Below are positions 1 through 18,436 of a stretch of 64,000 nt of DNA, piece after piece (position 1 is the stretch's first letter; every line of letters begins with the position of its first letter). Made by a program: the position numbers and the translations under genes. This stretch comes from Hormiphora californensis. Lineage: Eukaryota > Animalia > Ctenophora. The stretch lies in assembly GCA_020137815.1 (NCBI GenBank), contig CM035355.1:4154001-4218000 (forward strand). The letters are read 5' to 3'. Under the pieces are notes generated by a model, which had not been told where the DNA came from, searched no databases, and worked only from the letters and a program-made list of their open reading frames with translations.

Positions 1-660
1 TTAGCGATACTTTGTACAACATGACTGCGGCACCAATACTGTACACATGATATTGTCTTTACAAAGTGTCCTAACTCCAAACCCCACCGTATCTCTCTCC
101 TACCTTTCACAGAGTCGAATCTCTCTCCTACCTTTCACAGAGTCGAATCTCTCTCCTACCTTTCACAGTGTCTCACAGAGTCTCACAGTGTCTCACGGTA
201 TCTCACGGTATTCTAGAACCCTCTTCTATGCCTGTCTACATCTCCCATTTCTTAAGCTTCATCTCTCACAATGTTCGAGCAGCAGTAGCAAGAAGAACCT
301 CCAACTGATATATATATATTGCCTCGGACTGGGCACATTCCTCAAATACCTTTCACCCTGGGATGGCATGGAGAAAGGTGTTATTACCCCGCCCTGGCCT
401 CATATCACGTGTTTTAAAGTGTGCACGTGCATCTTGAACCTCAATAGTTACCAATGATAGGCTTGGGTAGTCTCCAAAATAGTTGAGACTGCTGTTGCAA
501 TTTTGGGGTTCGGTAAATCAATAACAAATCCTGCCGTACTAAAAAAAATCGATACAATGATATTCACAACCCAATATTTCCCACTCCTTCTTTATTTCAC
601 AACCCCTCATCCTTTGTTTCACAACTCCTCTTATATTTCACAACCTCTCCATTATTTCAG

Positions 661-2868
661 ACGTATTGGAGCAGTTTGTTGATGTCACATGTTACGAGAG
701 AGTGTGTCTGTACCTTATCAGTTGTGTCCCCTATGTGCCTGAGCCTGAGGACAAGACCCTTCTGAAGACTGCCCTGAACCTGTACCTGAAATTCGAGGTA
801 ATAAATTACCTTGCTCGAGCCTGTTTCACCACGCAAAAGTAAAGGAGGGTTAGGACATAACAAACATAACATAATGGGATTCATTCCCAATAGTATATAG
901 ATCGGTGGTTAATGTTACTAGCAAAACTGGGGCGATCGTACCGATCGCAAATCGAGGGGTCTGTTTTTCTCTCTGCCTGTCTGCTATATGCTATGTGATG
1001 TGATCCCTCTCTTTTTCTCTCTTTCTCTCCCTTTTATACATGTGATGTGACCCCTCAAGTCGCAAGCAGTTCTCAACACGTGTGATACGTGATACCTACG
1101 AATCACGTCGTCACACTGACGGATCATGTCGTCACGCTGACGGATCACGTCGTCACATTGACGGATCACGTCGTCACATTGACGATAGGGTATCACATTT
1201 CCGTGCAAATTTGCATTAGATATAGTTAGATAGACGCACTTTGAATAATGTATCAGGGTCGGGGTCCTGTTGTAGACAGATGTGGTATATAATATATCAG
1301 TGTAACTCGACAGGATTATTAGCATATTCCAGCATATTGGTGACTTATCATACGGTATTTCCCCCTGTTATTGACTCATATTATAATGAACATAATATTG
1401 AACATATTCCTTCTCTGCCTTCCCGTTCTCTCCCCAGAGTCTCTCTCGGTGTCTCCCCAGAGTCTCTCGGTGCCTCTCAAAGTTCAAGTTTTTCCACGTG
1501 TACAATATATTAGTTAGCCACGATCCCGCCAAGATAAGAATATGATTCATTGTGAGATCTTGAAAAAGGGGGCAAATAATGAAGAAAAAAACCAGGAACA
1601 ATGTTCATTTTAGCAGAGAGTACATCTCAAATCATGATCACCTTTTTATCTCATCTCATTCTCTAACTGTTGTGATACTCGGTACAAGGCACCGGGCACA
1701 TGCATGCTCATAATATGGTGATTCTCTCTCTCGATGACCCAGTATTGTGCACTTTAATTAATGAATATATTCCTGATGTCTGCAACATTCCTCAACCCCA
1801 TTCACCATCTCAAATTGAGTACCCTCAGAGAATAAATTGAGAGAATCCAGATAAAACTAAGGAGAGTCAGACTCTCACCCTCATCGCTGTTCTCCAAGTG
1901 GGTGGAAGTACCGCGGAAGTACAGACACACACAACCTCACTCTCACCCCTCTTTCTCCCTCTCTAACTCTCACCCTCACTCTCACCACCTCTCTCTCCCT
2001 CTCTAACTCTCACCACTCTCTCTCACCCCCAGGTGTATCCCTCTAGGCGTTGCGTTGTGCCATCCAGCTGAACGATATGGATCTAGTTCAGGATGTATTC
2101 TCAACTTGTAAAGACCCCGCCTGTACAGAAGCAGATGGCGTTCATGCTCGGTCGACAGGTGAGACAAGAATTTAGTAATCTGCGAGTGAGAGCAAAATTA
2201 TCTGACTTCTCTTTTTTCATTTGTGATTCTTTATCATTTGCACTTTTTAGATGCTCAGCTGTTAAAAGTTTCATTCTCCTTATCGCTAATTCATCTCCTT
2301 ATCTCCACTTCCTCCTCCTCCTCCGTCTCTCTCATCCCTTCCTCTCTCTCTCTTACCCCCTTCCTCTCTCTCTCTCTCTCACACTCTCTCTTTCTCAGCA
2401 AATCTTCCTGGATTTGGATGAGGGCCAATTCCCTGAGGCTGAGGAGCTGACCGAGATAATGAGTAACGTGCACCTGAACACCAACTTCCAGTCTCTTGCC
2501 CGAGAGTTGGACATCATGGAACCCAAGGTAGGTTTGGTAACGAAATAACCCCCTCACTTGCCAGCGCGCGAAGGGGTTATTTCGTAGGTAGGTTGGGAGG
2601 CCCGCTGGTGATTTCGAAAGATCTTCTTTTTCTGAGTATGGTAGACTGGGATATTCTTCTCTTGAGTTCCTGCATAAACGATCCATGATTTTATATTTTC
2701 TGGGCGGATATATAACGAGGTGTAGGAAGTGTAGGTGTTTCTCTTCTTTTTTGACGAACTTTATCGAATCCAATTCAGCATATTCAGCAGCAGGCAGCTT
2801 GAGCACAATACATATATCATGACCCGAAAAGATGAGCATATATAATATCCCATACCACAAACGATAGG

Positions 2869-2917
<49 letters not shown>

Positions 2918-3059
2918 GTCTCTATCTCTCTCTCTCTCTATCTCTCTCTCTCTCTTTCTCTCTCTGCCTCATCAGGCAAACAGCTTGACCAACTGCTGCT
3001 GACGAATACCAACCGGTGTTGGTGGTTAGAACTGTGAGATGTGTCAGGAAGTTATAGAT

Positions 3060-3135
<76 letters not shown>

Positions 3136-3494
3136 CGGAAGAAAAGGAAAAGGAGATATGCGCACACATATATAGAGAGAGAGAGAGAGAACAAAGGCCA
3201 TTATGGGTTGGTTTTCTAAGAAAGATTCATGATCGGTGAGAATTGATGAATCTTTGCGGACTGCTATACAGGATATAAGATTTACACAGCTGCAGGCAAA
3301 AAACTTCTGAGTCTGAGGCTAAATTCAATCCAATTTTAGGTTCCTGAGGATATCTACAAGTCACATCTAGAAAATGTGAGGAGTTATGGACCTAGCAATG
3401 TTGATTCTGCAAGACAAAACCTTGCTGCTTCCTTTGTCAACGGGTATGAAATTATTGTCCTCTCCCTTTATCTCTCTCTCCCTCTCTCTCTCCC

Positions 3495-3555
<61 letters not shown>

Positions 3556-3598
3556 TTCTTTCTCTCTCTCTCTCTCCTCTCTCTCTCTATTTCTTTGT

Positions 3599-3679
<81 letters not shown>

Positions 3680-6600
3680 CTATCTCTCTCTCTCTCCATC
3701 CCTCCCTCTCTCCATCCCTCAGGTTTGTTAACTGTGCCTTTGGTAATGACAAGCTACTTGCGGAGAATGGTAACAAGTGGCTTTACAAGAACAAGGAGCA
3801 CGGTATGATGTCCGCTACAGCATCACTGGGTCTCATCCTGCTGTGGGATGTTGATGGTGGTCTTACTCAGATTGACAAGGTATGTTCAGACCAGCAACCG
3901 ACCGGAACCAATCAGAACTCGTTATTTAGGTCACGTGACTGGTTATCAGCCAATCAGGGACCAGTATTTCCTGATTCGGTCGGTTCCTGGTTCAGACTCA
4001 CCCGCAGCACTGCGGGCCAGGTGGGTTGGAATAGAGAGAACAGGTGCATCCCTTATCTCACATTCTCTCTCCCTCTCCGTATAATATGCGGGGTATTAGG
4101 GCTGGTTATTGGCTTTTCTGTAGAACGCGATGAGGCAAAAGCTGCATAAACTTTATCGAGTAAAACTTTATGACTGGAGCATACACATATCCATTTCATT
4201 TCTTTGTGTAACAAACCTATAGTTTAGGAATATATTCGATAGAAATGTTCGATAACCCTTTTCCCCTCCCCATTCCACACATTCTACATTACTTCTCCCG
4301 ACTCCCATTCCATTAAAACGTGTAACCCCCTCTCCAGAGGCCCCACTTGTAACCTACCCATCTCTCCAGTAGATCTAACTTCCTCATTTTTCCAGTACCT
4401 CCAATCCAAACAACCTACATTACTTCTCCCATTCCATTATAACATATAACCCCACCCCTCTCCAGTATCTAACTCCCTCCTTTTTCAGTACCTCTACTCC
4501 TCGGAAGACTACATCAAGTGTGGAGCCCTTCTCGCGTGTGGTATTGTCAACTCAGGTGTCAGAAACGAGTGTGATCCCGCCCTGGCCCTGCTCGCTGACT
4601 ACGTCCTCCACCAGTCCAATAACATGAGGATTGGAAGTATTGTGGGGCTGGGTCTGGCATACGCTGGGTCTAACCGGGAGGATGTTATTGAGCTGTTGTT
4701 GCCCGTTCTGACCGATAGTAATAGTTCTATGGAGGTCATTGGACAGACAGCTCTGGCACTTGGTAAGAGAGTCTTGAAGAATTGTGGAACTGAAGACTAC
4801 CAATTCGCTTCTTTTTCCTAGCACCATTGCCCCAATCCCCTAAAACATATATCTCCAGCAGATCTCCTCTACAATCTATTATAATCCCCTTCTCTCTCCC
4901 TCCCCATCTCTCCCAAACCCCCAATATTTCATCTACCTCTCCCCCTCAGCATCTCTCCCGACCCCCTATATTTCATCTACCTCTCCCCCTCAGCATCTCT
5001 CCCAACCCCCTATATTTCATCTACCTCTCCCCCTCAGCATCTCTCCCGACCCCCTATATTTCATCTACCTCTCCCCCTCAGCATCTCTCCCACCCCCCCA
5101 TATCTCCTCTACCTCTCCCCCTCAGCATCTCTCCCAACCCCCTATATTTCATCTACCTCTCCCCCTCAGCATCTCTCCCGACCCCCTATATTTCATCTAC
5201 CTCTCCCCCTCAGCATCTCTCCCACCCCCCCCCCCCCATATCTCCTCTACCTCTCCCCCTCAGCATCTCTCCCAACCCCCTATATTTCCTCTACCTCTCC
5301 CTCTCAGCATCTCTCCCAATCTCCTTTCTCTCTCCCAGGTATGGTTGCCATTGCTAGCTCTCACTTACTTTCTCCCTCCCAGGTATGGTTGCCATTGCTA
5401 GCTCTCATGGTGACGTCACGTCTACCATCCTCCAAACTATGATGGATAAATCAGAGTCTGAGTTGAAGGATACTCATTGCAAGTTCCTGGCCCTTGGTCT
5501 TGCTCTCACATACCTTGGAAAACAGGTTAGTTGTACACCGCTGTTGCCATACTACATGTACTATAACATCGCGCCCGGTTCAAAGAGGGTAGTCTTTTGT
5601 GTGAAAATACCGCTGATGGTCTTTCCATGTCAGTTGATAATTATTATTGACTTAGTTTGTATATCATTACATCATCATTCAAAATTCCACAGGAAGAAGC
5701 AGCTTTGACCATTGAGGCACTGAAAGTCGTTGGAGATCCCCTTGGAAAATGGCCGCTACACTAGTAGAGGTAATATGAGGGGAGAAGTGCAGTTCTATAT
5801 CTAGGAAAAATGAACCTCACCAGTCGACCGCCCGAATCTGAAATTATCCCATCTCCTAACTATCTCTATATTAACCCTCTTCATCTCCTAACCATCTCTC
5901 TACTTTGTAGGTGGTTGCATATGCTGGTACAGGTGACGTGCTAAAGATCCAGAAAATGCTTCACCTGTGTTCAGAGCACCACGAGATAACCAAGGAGGAT
6001 GTTAAGAAGGGTGACAAGGCTGCCAAAGCGGAGGCAGATGCGAAGAAACTCGAGGCTGAGAGTGGTAGGTTTTTAGCAGGGTGCTTTTAGTTCTTCATCC
6101 TCTAATTATTAATTCTAATCCCATTACTGACTCTCTACTAATACTGCTACAGTCCTCTCAACTCCACCGTATATCCCCTTTTATTACCTATTATTACCTG
6201 TCAGGTATTGCCCAACAAATGGTGGCTGTGATTGGTATTGCACTGATTGCAATGGCTGAGGAGTTAGGAGCGGAAATGGCACTGCGATCATATTCAAACC
6301 TTCTCAGGTACACCTTTTTTATATGTTCTAGCCCTTGTACGGGGCACGGTAAAGCTGCACACCACTCTAAACTCCCTTGTTACACACCTCAACTCCCTTG
6401 TTACACACCTCAACTCCCTTGTTACACACCTCAACTCCCTTGTTACACACCTCAACTCCCTTGTTACACACCTCAACTCCCTTGTTACACACCTCAACTC
6501 CCTTGTTACACACCTCAACTCCCTTGTTACACACCTCAACTCCCTTGTTACACACCTCAACTCCCTTGTTACACACCTCAACTCCCTTGTTACACACCTC

Positions 6601-9600
6601 AACTCCCTTGTTACACACCTCAACTCCCTTGTTACACACCTCAACTCCCTTGTTACACACCTCAACTCCCTTGTTACACACCTCAACTCCCTTGTTACAC
6701 ACCTCAACTCCCTTGTTACACACCTCAACTCCCTTGTTACACACCTCAACTCCCTTGTTACACACCTCAACTCCCTTGTTACACACCTCAACTCCCTTGT
6801 TACACACCTCAACTCCCTTGTTACACACCTCAACTCCCTTGTTACACACCTCAACTCCCTTGTTACACACCTCAACTCCTTCCCTCCAGGTACGGTGAAC
6901 CCAGTATCAGAAGGGCAGTTCCCCTCGCTCTGGCTATCCTCTCTGCTAGTAATCCCAAGCTGGATATCATTGATACACTCTCCAAACTCTCTCACGACTC
7001 TGACTCCGAGGTAAAATTATTAAAATTCTCTGATCTTGTACCGTCCAAAACTTAGAATGCTCCAAAACATGTGTTGCATGTGTTGCTTAGAAACATGTGT
7101 TGCTGAACTTAGAATGTCCTGTGCACAGTGGCCTTTTTCATGGGAGTAGGTGGTCATTAACGAAAAAATTTTTATGAGCTTATCTGGTAGCTTTTTTGAC
7201 GTAGAATCCAATGCACCCCAACTTATGCCTTGATTTTTTGAGGAAAGTGGTGTTTTTCCAAAAAGAAGGGTAATTGAAAAATTTTCGAAAAAATTTTTAT
7301 GAGCTTATCTGGTAGCTTTTTTGACGTAGAATCAAATGCACCCCTCACTCATGCCTTAATTTTTTGAGGAAAGTGGTGTTTTTCCAAAAAGAAGGGTGAT
7401 TGAAAAATTTTCGAAAAATTTTTATGAGCTTATCTTGTAGCTTTTTTGACGTAGAATCAAATGCACCCCTCACTCATGCCTTGATTTTTTGAGGAAAGTG
7501 GTGTTTTTTCAGTTTTTAGTCTTTTTAGGCTTCTTTGACAACCATACTTTAAATTTAGCTGGAGCAGGTGAAATGGGGATCCATAACAATTTAAATGTGG
7601 TTGATAGTAAGAAATCGAACAAATTTATATATCATTCAAAAATTTTTATTCAAACTTCATCCAGGGCGTTTTTATGGTCAAAAAACGAAGAACACTTGAT
7701 TTTTCGACCATAATATACAATAGTACGCACTTGAAACCTTTTTTATCTGAAAGGCCAGACAATTTCCTATCTTTTGGTCTATAGGGCATCGATGAGGTTC
7801 GATGAGGAGGCTGGGGAGAAAGCGTTAAAGAAGGCGTGTTTGTTTACTTTAAAAAAACGATCTTTCAAAAGTTTGAGACCTAACTAAACACGTTTTCCGA
7901 CCTTATTTTACACGTAGAATCGATTGCCGATAGAATTAGGACTCTAATATTGAAGGAAAACGGTGAAAACGCGTTTTTTTTCGTCTTTTTGTGGCCCTTT
8001 TTTCTCCCCAGCCTCCTCATCGAATCTCATCGATGCCCTATAGACCAAAAGATAGGAAATTGTCTGGCCTTTCAGATAAAAAAGGTTTCAAGTGCGTACT
8101 ATTGTATATTATGGTCGAAAAATCAAGTGTTCTTCGTTTTTTGACCATAAAAACGCCCTGGATGAAGTTTGAATAAAAATTTTTGAATGATATATAAATT
8201 TGTTCGATTTCTTACTATCAACCACATTTAAATTGTTATGGATCCCCATTTCACCTGCTCCAGCTAAATTTAAAGTATGGTTGTCAAAGAAGCCTAAAAA
8301 GACTAAAAACTGAAAAAACACCACTTTCCTCAAAAAATCAAGGCATGAGTGAGGGGTGCATTTGATTCTACGTCAAAAAAGCTACAAGATAAGCTCATAA
8401 AAAAATTTTCGAAAATTTTTCAATTACCCTTATTTTTGGAAAAATACCACTTTCCTCAAAAATTCAAGGCATGAGTGAGGGGTGCATTTGATTCTACGTC
8501 AAAAAAGCTACCAGATAAACTCAAAAAAAATTTTTCGAAAATTTTTCAATTACCCTTCTTTTTGGAAAAACACCACTTTCCTCAAAAAATTAAGGCATGA
8601 GTGAGGGGTGCATTGGATTCTACGCTCGAAAAGCTACCAGATAGGTGCAAAAAATAATTTTCGTAAAATTCTTAGTGACCACCAAAAGGCCACTGTGCTG
8701 TGAATGTACCAAATCACTAATTTGTGAACTTAGAATAGAAAATTGTATAAAGAGCAGCGGTCTCCCACGATATAATCAGAGAGATTAATGTGAATTCGTA
8801 TAATCGTTACTTTCCGTGGTTTTTGTAGCCGTATAATTAACGTTAAACTGTCATTAATATATGAATTAATTATTTCTTAGAAAATGAATATTATCTCTAA
8901 CTCCCTCCCTCTTCCAGGTTGCTCACAACGCTATCTTCGCGATGGGTATAGTCGGATCAGGAACCAATAATGCTCGCCTGGCTAACATGCTACGTCTTCT
9001 GGCCCAGTACTACCACAAAGACGCCAACAACCTGTTCATGGTCAGACTGGCACAGGGTTTGGTACATTTGGGTAAGGGTACCCTGACCCTGAGCCCCTAT
9101 CACTCCGATAAGATGCTGATGAGTCGGGTCGCTGTTGGTGGGTTGCTGGGTGCTGTTATTGCTTTCATGGATGTCAACACTCTGATTCTGGGTAAGTGGT
9201 GTTCAGGAACCGACCTCCACAAGTAAACAACCAATTAGAACTCGTTATTTAGGTCACGTGACTGGTTATCAGCCAATCAAGGACCAGTATTTCCTGATTC
9301 GGTCGGTTTCTGGTGGTGTTTATCATTGTTCAACTGTGATAATTGATTAGAAGTTGGTGGTGAGAGAATCAATTTCCAAGCTCATGTTGTAGCAATATCT
9401 TACTCCCCCCTCTCCCACTCTCTCAGGCAAGTCTCACTACATGCTATACCACCTCGTATCTGCCATCCAGCCTCGTATGTTGGTCACATTCAACGAAGAC
9501 CTCAAACCCCTCCCTGTTCCCGTTCGAGTTGGCCAGGCGGTTGATGTCGTTGGACAGGCCGGAAAACCCAAAACCATCACTGGATTCCAAACCCACACCA

Positions 9601-9719
9601 CCCCTGTCCTGTTGGCCCACGGAGAGAGAGCGGAACTAGGCACTAACGAGTATAACCCTCTCACACCCGTTATGGAGGGTTTTGTTATTCTGAGGAAGAA
9701 CGAGGAGATGGACGAATAG
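661..9719 (+). CDS. PSMD2: 26S proteasome non-ATPase regulatory subunit 2 (Rpn1), 5'-partial, multi-exon. Exons 661-797, 2033-2158, 2399-2527, 3340-3443, 3723-3879, 4489-4762, 5383-5525, 5693-5769, 5911-6064, 6205-6307, 6890-7010, 8918-9191, 9427-9719
   Basis: GT-AG bounded exons translate to recognisable Rpn1 segments ([112 protein letters not shown]). Stop TAG at 9717-9719. Two exons carry apparent indels (see findings). Confidence 0.96.
3892..3989 (+). mobile_element. hAT-like ~110-bp MITE family, copy 1
   Basis: TIR CAG(G/C)AACCGACCG...CGGTCGGTTCCTG; 8-bp TSD GTTCAGAC (3884-3891, 3990-3997). Confidence 0.9.
4905..5320. repeat. Intronic minisatellite, ~9 x 44 bp, pyrimidine-rich
   Basis: Unit TATTTCATCTACCTCTCCCCCTCAGCATCTCTCCC(G/A)ACCCCCTA, period 44 (4925, 4969, 5013...). 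Confidence 0.92.
6370..6873. repeat. Intronic minisatellite, 24 x 21 bp (AACTCCCTTGTTACACACCTC)
   Basis: Perfect tandem copies read directly; ends 16 nt before the PSMD2 exon at 6890. Confidence 0.97.
7124..8697. mobile_element. Non-autonomous foldback DNA transposon, Transib-like (CACAGTG termini, 5-bp TSD), in a PSMD2 intron
   Basis: Starts CACAGTGGCCTTTT and ends AAAAGGCCACTGTG. TSD CTGTG at 7119-7123 and 8698-8702. Arms ~700 bp (7124-7821 vs 8001-8697), each with about three ~125-bp subrepeats; ~180-bp spacer; no transposase ORF. Confidence 0.85.
9204..9312 (+). mobile_element. hAT-like MITE, copy 2
   Basis: Same family; TSD GTGGTGTT (9196-9203, 9313-9320). Confidence 0.9.
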
Positions 9720-10534
9720 ATCACGTGATCCGTTCATCCTGTCATCTGGTAATGACGTCACGAATTATAATGACGTCATCATTCTGTGGTGGCAGCCCCT
9801 TCTTTCTCTGCTCCCTCTCTCGGACTGTCCTGGACTTTTAGCGGCCCGGGAATGCATGTCATTTTGGCTGGTTCCCGGGCCGCGATATTTGTGATAAGAT
9901 GGAGAGATAGCGAGCTTGAGTTATCGTGACGAAACTGGGTCGAAAAGTGCTATATTATCAATTTCCCATGCTTGATGTGTGGATGAGTAAAATATATTTG
10001 TATCGCGGACAATTGTATAACGGTTTGTAACTTGTGTTTTAGAGTGTTGTGCCCCGGGGGTACCTCACTCAAATTCAACCAATTGTGTTGTCCTTCTCTC
10101 TGTGCAGGATTCAAAGACGGAGCGCGCGAGAACCCCACTGTGGATGGATACGACAGGGCACAGGATTTGTGCGCGTCGCGCATTCTGTGGTCGTCGTTTT
10201 GTTCGGTTGGAAGTGAGCGCTGACAAGGAACCAAGTCCAGACTTATCGGGCAACTTCACGAATTAGATGTTAGATGTTAATGACTTTCTTATCCAAGACT
10301 CATCAATAAGAAGAATCACAATTCCAATTATTTGATGATAAAATTTGAATATCTGTTCGGGTATCGCATGGTCTCAAAATTTCAAAATATTGGAGCCGGC
10401 GGAAAACCTTACAAAGCGCTGCACAAAAGAGCCGCGCCGCGCACGTTCAATTTCAGAATTTGTGAAAAATCAAAAATTTCAGAAATTTTCAACTTCCAGA
10501 AACGTTTTCAAAAACTTTTCACTTTTATGCAAAC

Positions 10535-17238
<6,704 letters not shown>

Positions 17239-18077
17239 AAGATCCGCGGGGATTTAGAAATGGAGAGAGAGAGTTGTGTATCCTAGATGACGTGTATGTG
17301 TCCGATCTATCTTTCTCCGTCTTATTGCTGTTGTTTGGTGCAGTGCCACCTGCCGTTTAGAGCAACTTCCCTCCGACCCTGGGATAAAGAGAACTGCAAC
17401 GAAACGAGATTCTTTTGAGTGTGTGAGTGATAAAATGGCCCCCTCTTTCGTTTTTCTTTATTTCTTGTATTTTACTCAAATTCAATCGTTTTGATTTGCT
17501 CTGTTCATGTAAAAACAATATAAACCAGTGTTCTGTCTGTCTGACAAGAAATTATGGAGCTGGTTTTGAATGTGGTCACATTCCCTTTGGTTGGAAACTT
17601 GAAACCGGTTGGAAAAATAGGAACCTGAGACCTCGAGGTCTCTCCCTTTCCGGCTCCTGTAACCCTAGGAGACGTGTGTGCGCGTAGGCTTGCTTTTTAC
17701 ATGAAACTGTCCCCGCGCGCGACGTTTAGAGAGGATCGGGGAGAAGAACTTGAATTGAGAGACGACGCACAGTTTTATAAGCTGAGAATTGCTGTTCAAA
17801 TGATCATTCATGAATTTCTGATACACACGTCACACATCAGTCATTACCTCAAATCTGGCAACCATTTCTCGATATATATAATTGTACAGAAATATATACA
17901 GGACGCTTAGAAAGGATTAATAATATATGAACAGTTGTTGTGGTATTAACAATAACGTGTACGAAACATAATTTATCGCAACTAACGACGTAAGATCAGA
18001 AGAGAGAGAGAGATTCAATTCTGAATCCTGACCTCACCTCCTAACGACAGTACCACGCTGATAAAGGATTCGCTCTC

Positions 18078-18152
18078 TGTCTAGTTTGTACCCAAACCTT
18101 CTTGAGTCTCCATTGAGAGATTGAGAGATAAGGGTGGGGTACAAACTAGACA
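18078..18152. repeat. Short hairpin / possible MITE
   Basis: TGTCTAGTTTGTACCC ... GGGTACAAACTAGACA, a 16-bp inverted repeat. Ends and TSD (TA or CTAG) are ambiguous. Confidence 0.55.
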
Positions 18153-18168
18153 ATGACAGTGTCTATAT

Positions 18169-18277
18169 CAGGAATCGACCGAAACAAGTAAACAACCAAT
18201 CAGAACACGTTATTTAGGTCACGTGACTGGTTATCAGCCAATCAGCGACCAGTATTTCCTGATTCGGTCGGTTCCTG
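18169..18277 (+). mobile_element. hAT-like MITE, copy 3
   Basis: Same family; TSD GTCTATAT (18161-18168, 18278-18285). Confidence 0.9.
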
Positions 18278-18340
18278 GTCTATATGAACCTTAAAACGGG
18301 CTTTCAAAAAACATAAACAACAATAAAACTGGGATCCAGG

Positions 18341-18398
18341 CTGTCTGGGGGCGCCAGACCCCGACAGTGTGCTCAGATGGGGTCGGGACGCCAGACAG
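18341..18398. mobile_element. 58-bp CTGTCTGG..CCAGACAG mini-element
   Basis: 8-bp TIR; perfect 8-bp TSD GATCCAGG. Relatives at 41445-41504 and 48857-48934. Confidence 0.72.
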
Positions 18399-18436
18399 GA
18401 TCCAGGACTGGGTCCACAATAACAAATCTGACTGTC

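Noticed and set aside
2291-2860. 189-aa antisense ORF in PSMD2
   Set aside because: A composite of intron sequence, the antisense of an exon and a GA repeat; no recognisable domain.
3243-3316. TGATGA..CTGA resembling a C/D snoRNA in a PSMD2 intron
   Set aside because: Imperfect C box, no terminal stem and no recognisable rRNA antisense element.
6294-6995. Repeat-protein ORFs (ELRCVTR)n, (CNKGVEV)n, (LLHTSTP)n; CRISPR-like regularity
   Set aside because: All are translations of the 21-bp intronic minisatellite; there are no spacers and the context is eukaryotic.
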